A stretch of DNA of 64,000 nucleotides from a bacterium (lineage in GTDB: Bacteria > Omnitrophota > Gorgyraeia > Duberdicusellales > 4484-171). Within the stretch, counting starts at the first letter, position 1. Each line of letters begins with the position of its first letter. The DNA lies in assembly GCA_021796115.1 (NCBI GenBank), contig JAJYOP010000007.1:10329-74328 (forward strand), read 5' to 3'. The notes under the pieces were generated by a model. It did not search any database and had not been told where the DNA came from. It worked only from the letters and a program-made list of their open reading frames with translations. Positions 59,863 through 64,000 of the stretch are shown here, one piece after another. The position numbers and the translations under genes are program-made.

Positions 59863-59955
59863 GGTTACGGAAGTTACGAAAGTTATATAGGCTACGAAGG
59901 TTGCACTAAATCGCAAAGTTTTAAATGTAACTTTCGTAGTTTGCCGTAACCTGGG
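59863..59955. promoter_or_regulatory. Long interrupted inverted repeat (8+11 bp arms) in radical SAM / DsbD-like intergenic region
   Basis: GGTTACGGaagtTACGAAAGTTA ...40 nt... TAACTTTCGTAgtttgCCGTAACC, followed by GTAACC tandem repeats. Confidence 0.4.
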
Positions 59956-59981
59956 TAACCTTTGTAACCTCATAATAAATT

Positions 59982-60641
59982 ATGCTTATCGCGCTGCTAC
60001 AGGTTTTTGCCATTGGATTCAGTCTCGGGTTTACCGGCCCGTGCCTTTTTTACTGCCTTCCCGTTATTCTTGCTTTTACTCAAGGGGCCGGCAAAGGTTT
60101 TAAAAAATCCTTAACCGATATCCTGATATTTTTCTGCGGCAGGCTGTTTGCCTATGTAGTGCTTGGCATCCTTGCCGGAATTTCCGGCATATTGCTTCGC
60201 AAATTTATTGATTCAAGCTTCAAATTATATCTTAATCCTTTAGCCGGATTAATCAGTATAGCTCTTGGTATTTTTATTTTGTTGAACAAGGAAGCCGGCC
60301 AGGAAAAATGCGAGAGAAAATTGAGTCAAGCCAGCACTTTTGGGAGCTTGTTCCTGTTTGGTTTTATAATTGGCATAAGCCCTTGTGCGCCGCTACTGGC
60401 CTTGCTTTTTGAAATCGCGCTTATTTCGAAGAGCGCATTTGGCGGGGCGCTTTATGGCCTGGCTTTTGGTTTAGGCACATTTGTTTCCGGTGTCATTATC
60501 GCCGGCGGCTTTATAAAAATATTCAGCCGCCTTCCGGAAAATTTTCTTAAATCAAACCGCAGGAAATTTATGCTAAAAAGCATTTGCGCTTTAATACTTA
60601 TAATATTCGGCTTATGGTTTATTCTGGCGCAAAAAAAATAA
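59982..60641 (+). CDS. DsbD_2/CcdA-like membrane protein (putative thiol-disulfide transfer)
   Basis: 6 TM; paired Cys in TM1 and TM4 (GFTGPC, GISPCAP). Confidence 0.45.
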   Translation: MLIALLQVFAIGFSLGFTGPCLFYCLPVILAFTQGAGKGFKKSLTDILIFFCGRLFAYVVLGILAGISGILLRKFIDSSFKLYLNPLAGLISIALGIFILLNKEAGQEKCERKLSQASTFGSLFLFGFIIGISPCAPLLALLFEIALISKSAFGGALYGLAFGLGTFVSGVIIAGGFIKIFSRLPENFLKSNRRKFMLKSICALILIIFGLWFILAQKK

Positions 60642-62899
60642 AAAGAGTCCTGTCCCTTTCAATTATTTGTACCGGCTTTGTTGCCATGGCCGGGCAAATT
60701 GTTTTCATTCGCGAATTTTTAGCCTCGTTTTCCTCGGATGAACTTTCCGTCGGTTTAGTATTAGCCAGTTGGCTGCTTGCCGGAGCAATCGGCAGTTTAT
60801 GGCTTGGCAGATTCAGCGATAAAATCAAAGCAGGATATTTTTTCCTTTGGCTCTGCCAGATGTCCCTGGTATTTCTGCTTCCGCTGGGAATTCTACTTAT
60901 AAGATTTGCCAGGCAGTTCCTTCAAATCAATATCGGAGAGATTATCCCGTTTCATATCGTCGGCCTGGCGACTTTTATAATTTTACTCCCGTTATGCGCA
61001 GCCTTAGGCTTTATGTTCAGCCTTTCGGCAAGGCTCTATGAAGCAGAAAGAAACTTGAAAGCCGGCAGTATTGCCAGAGTATATGCTCTTGAATCGTTTG
61101 GCGCAATGGGCGGAGGGTTATTCGCCAGCTTTATTCTCATATCCCTGCTAAACAGTTTTCAGGTCATCTCAATTTTATGTTTTTTGAATGCCGCCACAGG
61201 CCTGTTTATTATTTTACTTTTAAGAAAATTTAAATCACCGCCGGTATTTTTTAATACGTTATTAATCGTTATTTTATTTTTTTTATGGTTAAGTAAAGGC
61301 TGGAACGGGCTCGACAGTTATTCCTTAAAAAAACAATGGCCGGGATATTCGATTTTAGCATCGAAAAATTCCATCTACGGCAACATTACGGTTTTAAAAC
61401 GAGGAAAAGCCGTCTCATTTTTCGAAAACGGGACCCGCCTTTATACCGTGCCTGACAAAATGCTTTCCGAAGAAGCAGTGCATTTCACCCTCCTTGAGCA
61501 CAATGCACCAAAAGATATACTTCTCATTGGCGGAGGCGCCAGCGGTTTGCTCAACGAAATTCTTAAATATCCAATACATCAGGTTGATTATGTTGAACTC
61601 GACCCGTTGGTTATAAAAATGGCAGAGGAATTGCTGCCATCCCAATATTCAACATCTCTTAAAAACCAGAAAATTTCAATAGCTAATCTTGATGGCAGGT
61701 ATTTCATCAAGAAACAGGATAAAAAATATGATTGCATTATTATACATTTGGGCGAGCCTTATACCGCGCAACTGAACAGATTTTATACCAAAGAATTTTT
61801 CCGGCAAATTGCCGGGCACCTGAAAGAAGGAGGCATTGTTTCTTTCTATCTTAACGCTTCAGAAACCTACATCAATAAGGCTATGGCTGATTTTTTGCGC
61901 TCTATCTACGTGGCTTTAAAAACAGCATTCAGCGAAGTAAAAGTTTTTCCGGGAGAAACAATATATTTTTTAGCTTCAAACTCAAAAGGGATTTTAACCT
62001 ATGACTATAACTTGCTCATGCAAAGAGCTCGGGAGAGGGGATTGGATTTGAAGTATGTGCGCGAATATTATTTATTTTCCCGCCTTTCTCCGGAAAAGAT
62101 AGCTTACCTTGGAAACCTGCTGCAGAAAGACAATGCTACCAGGGTTAATTATGATTTCAGGCCGTCCGCCTATTATTACGGCATTATCTCCTGGGCGGTG
62201 CGCTTTAAAGATTCTTTATTCTTAAAAATATTAAAATCCGCAAATGAAAAAATAATCTGGATAATTTTATCTCTTTTGCTCGCAGCTTTATTAGGCACAG
62301 GTATGGCGGGTTTTAAGAAAAATATACTTTTGATTTCAATTGGAATTTGCGGATTTGTCCAGTCGGCAACACAGCTCGTGCTGTTATTTTCTTTTCAGAT
62401 TATTTACGGTTATCTTTTTTATAAATTAGGCATATTATTTACTTTTTTTATGCTGGGTTTAGCCCTGTCGAGCTGGCAATTAAGCAGCAAAATCGACAAG
62501 GCAAAAATTAATTTTAAAACTATTACCCGGCTGAGCTCAATTAATTTTCTATTTTCCTTATTTCTTCCTTTGGCTTTATACGGTTTTTCCTCGGCAAGGG
62601 CCGCACCTATAGCGTGGTTTGGCGCAAATATATTTTTTCCGGCGGTGTCTTTAGTATCGGGCTTGCTGGGAGGAATTATCTTTGCGATGGCGAATAAAAT
62701 CTATCTTGACGAAAGCAAAAATAAAGCCTATGGTGCAGTATCAGGCTTAACTTACGGCGCGGATTTGTCAGGAGCCTGTTTTGGTGCAGCAATCAGCGCT
62801 GTGTTTTTGATTCCCTTGATTGGCATCGATAAAACTTGTCTGATTCTAGCTCTTTTAAGCCTCACGGTTTCTGCGGCGCTATTATTGTCAGACAGATAA
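60614..62899 (+). CDS. Fused MFS-like membrane domain :: spermidine-synthase-like (aminopropyltransferase fold) protein
   Basis: N-terminal 7-8 TM, central LLIGGGASGL...VDYVELDP...DCIIIHLGEP (SpeE-like), C-terminal additional TMs; start uncertain (TTG 60584 / ATG 60614). Confidence 0.7.
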   Translation: MVYSGAKKIKRVLSLSIICTGFVAMAGQIVFIREFLASFSSDELSVGLVLASWLLAGAIGSLWLGRFSDKIKAGYFFLWLCQMSLVFLLPLGILLIRFARQFLQINIGEIIPFHIVGLATFIILLPLCAALGFMFSLSARLYEAERNLKAGSIARVYALESFGAMGGGLFASFILISLLNSFQVISILCFLNAATGLFIILLLRKFKSPPVFFNTLLIVILFFLWLSKGWNGLDSYSLKKQWPGYSILASKNSIYGNITVLKRGKAVSFFENGTRLYTVPDKMLSEEAVHFTLLEHNAPKDILLIGGGASGLLNEILKYPIHQVDYVELDPLVIKMAEELLPSQYSTSLKNQKISIANLDGRYFIKKQDKKYDCIIIHLGEPYTAQLNRFYTKEFFRQIAGHLKEGGIVSFYLNASETYINKAMADFLRSIYVALKTAFSEVKVFPGETIYFLASNSKGILTYDYNLLMQRARERGLDLKYVREYYLFSRLSPEKIAYLGNLLQKDNATRVNYDFRPSAYYYGIISWAVRFKDSLFLKILKSANEKIIWIILSLLLAALLGTGMAGFKKNILLISIGICGFVQSATQLVLLFSFQIIYGYLFYKLGILFTFFMLGLALSSWQLSSKIDKAKINFKTITRLSSINFLFSLFLPLALYGFSSARAAPIAWFGANIFFPAVSLVSGLLGGIIFAMANKIYLDESKNKAYGAVSGLTYGADLSGACFGAAISAVFLIPLIGIDKTCLILALLSLTVSAALLLSDR

Positions 62900-62918
62900 T
62901 TGATAACCCGGCATCCAA

Positions 62919-63653
62919 TTGCCTCATTTAACAATGAAAAGGCCATTTGTTTTCTTTTGCATCTTTCTGCTGGCAGGAATTTTTCTGGCAGTAATCACCT
63001 ACTCGGAAAGCTTATTGCCATTACTTTATTTTTTCTGGAAAAGCCCGTTTTTAATTTTTATCAGGACAATCTGTATTCTGTTATTTGTCTTTTTGCTTTT
63101 TAAAAAAATTGATCAAAAACTAGTCCCTAAAAATTGGTTGAAATTTATTTTTGGAATCATCTTTCTACCGGTGCTCTTTCTGCCGATTTTACGCTGTTAT
63201 TTTAGAGTTCCCTATATTTTCTGCCGTGCCTGCCCAAACAAATGCCCATGGGGGATGTCGCGGACTTTCTTTTTTGATTCTTTTATTGCGCTTAATCTCT
63301 CCAAAAAATTCTGGTGCGCAAATGTTTGTCCTTTTGGGGCATTCCAGGAGTGCCAGGCGCAAATATCAAAGAAGAACCTGAGGCTTCCTGCCTGGCTATC
63401 CCCATCTTCTTACCTTATTTTATTTATTCTTCTTTGCATGTATTTGTTAACTTTTTTGGGATTACCGGCAATAAAATTCTTTGGCCTTTGGATGTATGCC
63501 TGGGCTGTCGCATCAGTTTCCATTGCGGTTCTTGTCATCGCCGCTGCATTTTTTGTTCCCAGGATTTTTTGCCGTTATATTTGTCCGGTAGGAACAATCG
63601 CAGAATTAAGTTTTAAGTTTAAACGCTGGTTAGGATTGGATAAACACTTTTAA
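62919..63653 (+). CDS. NapH/MauN-like membrane protein with 4Fe-4S-type Cys motifs
   Basis: CRACPNKCPWG, CANVCPFGAFQEC, CRYICPVGTIAE; multiple TM. Confidence 0.55.
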   Translation: MPHLTMKRPFVFFCIFLLAGIFLAVITYSESLLPLLYFFWKSPFLIFIRTICILLFVFLLFKKIDQKLVPKNWLKFIFGIIFLPVLFLPILRCYFRVPYIFCRACPNKCPWGMSRTFFFDSFIALNLSKKFWCANVCPFGAFQECQAQISKKNLRLPAWLSPSSYLILFILLCMYLLTFLGLPAIKFFGLWMYAWAVASVSIAVLVIAAAFFVPRIFCRYICPVGTIAELSFKFKRWLGLDKHF

Positions 63654-63655
63654 TC

Positions 63656-63859
63656 CTGAACATTCCCCAGAATTTAAGGGTATCTTGGCATAACTCTATG
63701 TAAAACAAGCGATAACGAAGATAAAAATCTATGATTCTTCAGGGGGCGGAGGCAAACGGATTTTAGCGGATGCAGACGGATAAAAAACCTATAATTATCC
63801 GTATACATCCACAATCATCCGTGACATCCGTCCTTAAAAATAAAAAAATGGGGAAGCTC
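63656..63859 (+). repeat. 204-bp dispersed repeat, copy C
   Basis: Near-identical to 46626-46829 and 52532-52735. Confidence 0.85.
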
Positions 63860-64000
63860 AAGTTTTAATTTTCTGTTAGCTAAAATTCAAAATGAGACTT
63901 TTTAAAATTGAAAAGTAGACAATCCTAGCTCATGCTTTTTGATTCTTTGTACATCGATGAGTTTATTGTTACCCCAGAACCTTAATTCTATGAGTGTGTT

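Noticed and set aside
1667-62946. Many 60-170 aa minus-strand ORFs (for example 1963..2424, 25070..25537, 53731..54252, 57032..57553)
   Set aside because: All lie antisense inside well-supported + strand genes and have low-complexity or implausible composition, so they are most likely spurious.

Overview
This is a 64 kb window of low-GC bacterial DNA, probably Gram-negative (TolC/RND/LemA/Spy-type envelope genes). Every confident gene is on the + strand. The main unexplained signals are in the intergenic DNA rather than the genes: a ~50-nt intergenic sequence family present four times, a 204-bp near-identical repeat present three times, and long imperfect palindromes built from short motifs phased at about 10 bp. 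In order: a 5'-truncated HtrA/DegP protease, recX, alaS, a partial his operon (hisD, membrane protein, hisB, hisH, hisA) ending in an intact IS481/ISNCY-type IS with inverted repeats, then cspA and plsC. Next come the first family copy, which has its own promoter and terminator and looks like an sRNA gene, and an envelope-stress block (secreted and lipoprotein paralogs sharing a C-terminal module, two Spy/CpxP-like LTXXQ proteins, an ECF sigma factor with anti-sigma). A trehalose island follows: a TM-sensor-HAMP::OtsA fusion, OtsB, a hypothetical, an archaeal-type TreT and a ClC channel. After that are an NTase-like, TPM/YgcG, LemA, zf-TFIIB block, a MarR-TolC-EmrA-EmrB efflux operon, a flavoprotein, an MBL hydrolase, an ABC-2 exporter, and an SPFH-Zn-ribbon/TPR pair. 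Two OMF-RND efflux pairs (MarR- and ArsR-associated) both lack a membrane-fusion protein gene. Then come DUF2892, a ferredoxin, TauE plus DUF1634, and a truncated sensor-like membrane protein. A glycosylation-like block has two TMTC/DUF1736-like GT-C transferases with TPR tails flanking a Dpm1/Ppm1-like GT2 and an ACT-malic enzyme. The window ends with DUF488, NDH-2, an M50 protease, an AmmeMemoRadiSam-type radical SAM, a DsbD_2-like protein, an MFS::spermidine-synthase fusion and a NapH-like 4Fe-4S membrane protein. No rRNA, tRNA or CRISPR was detected.
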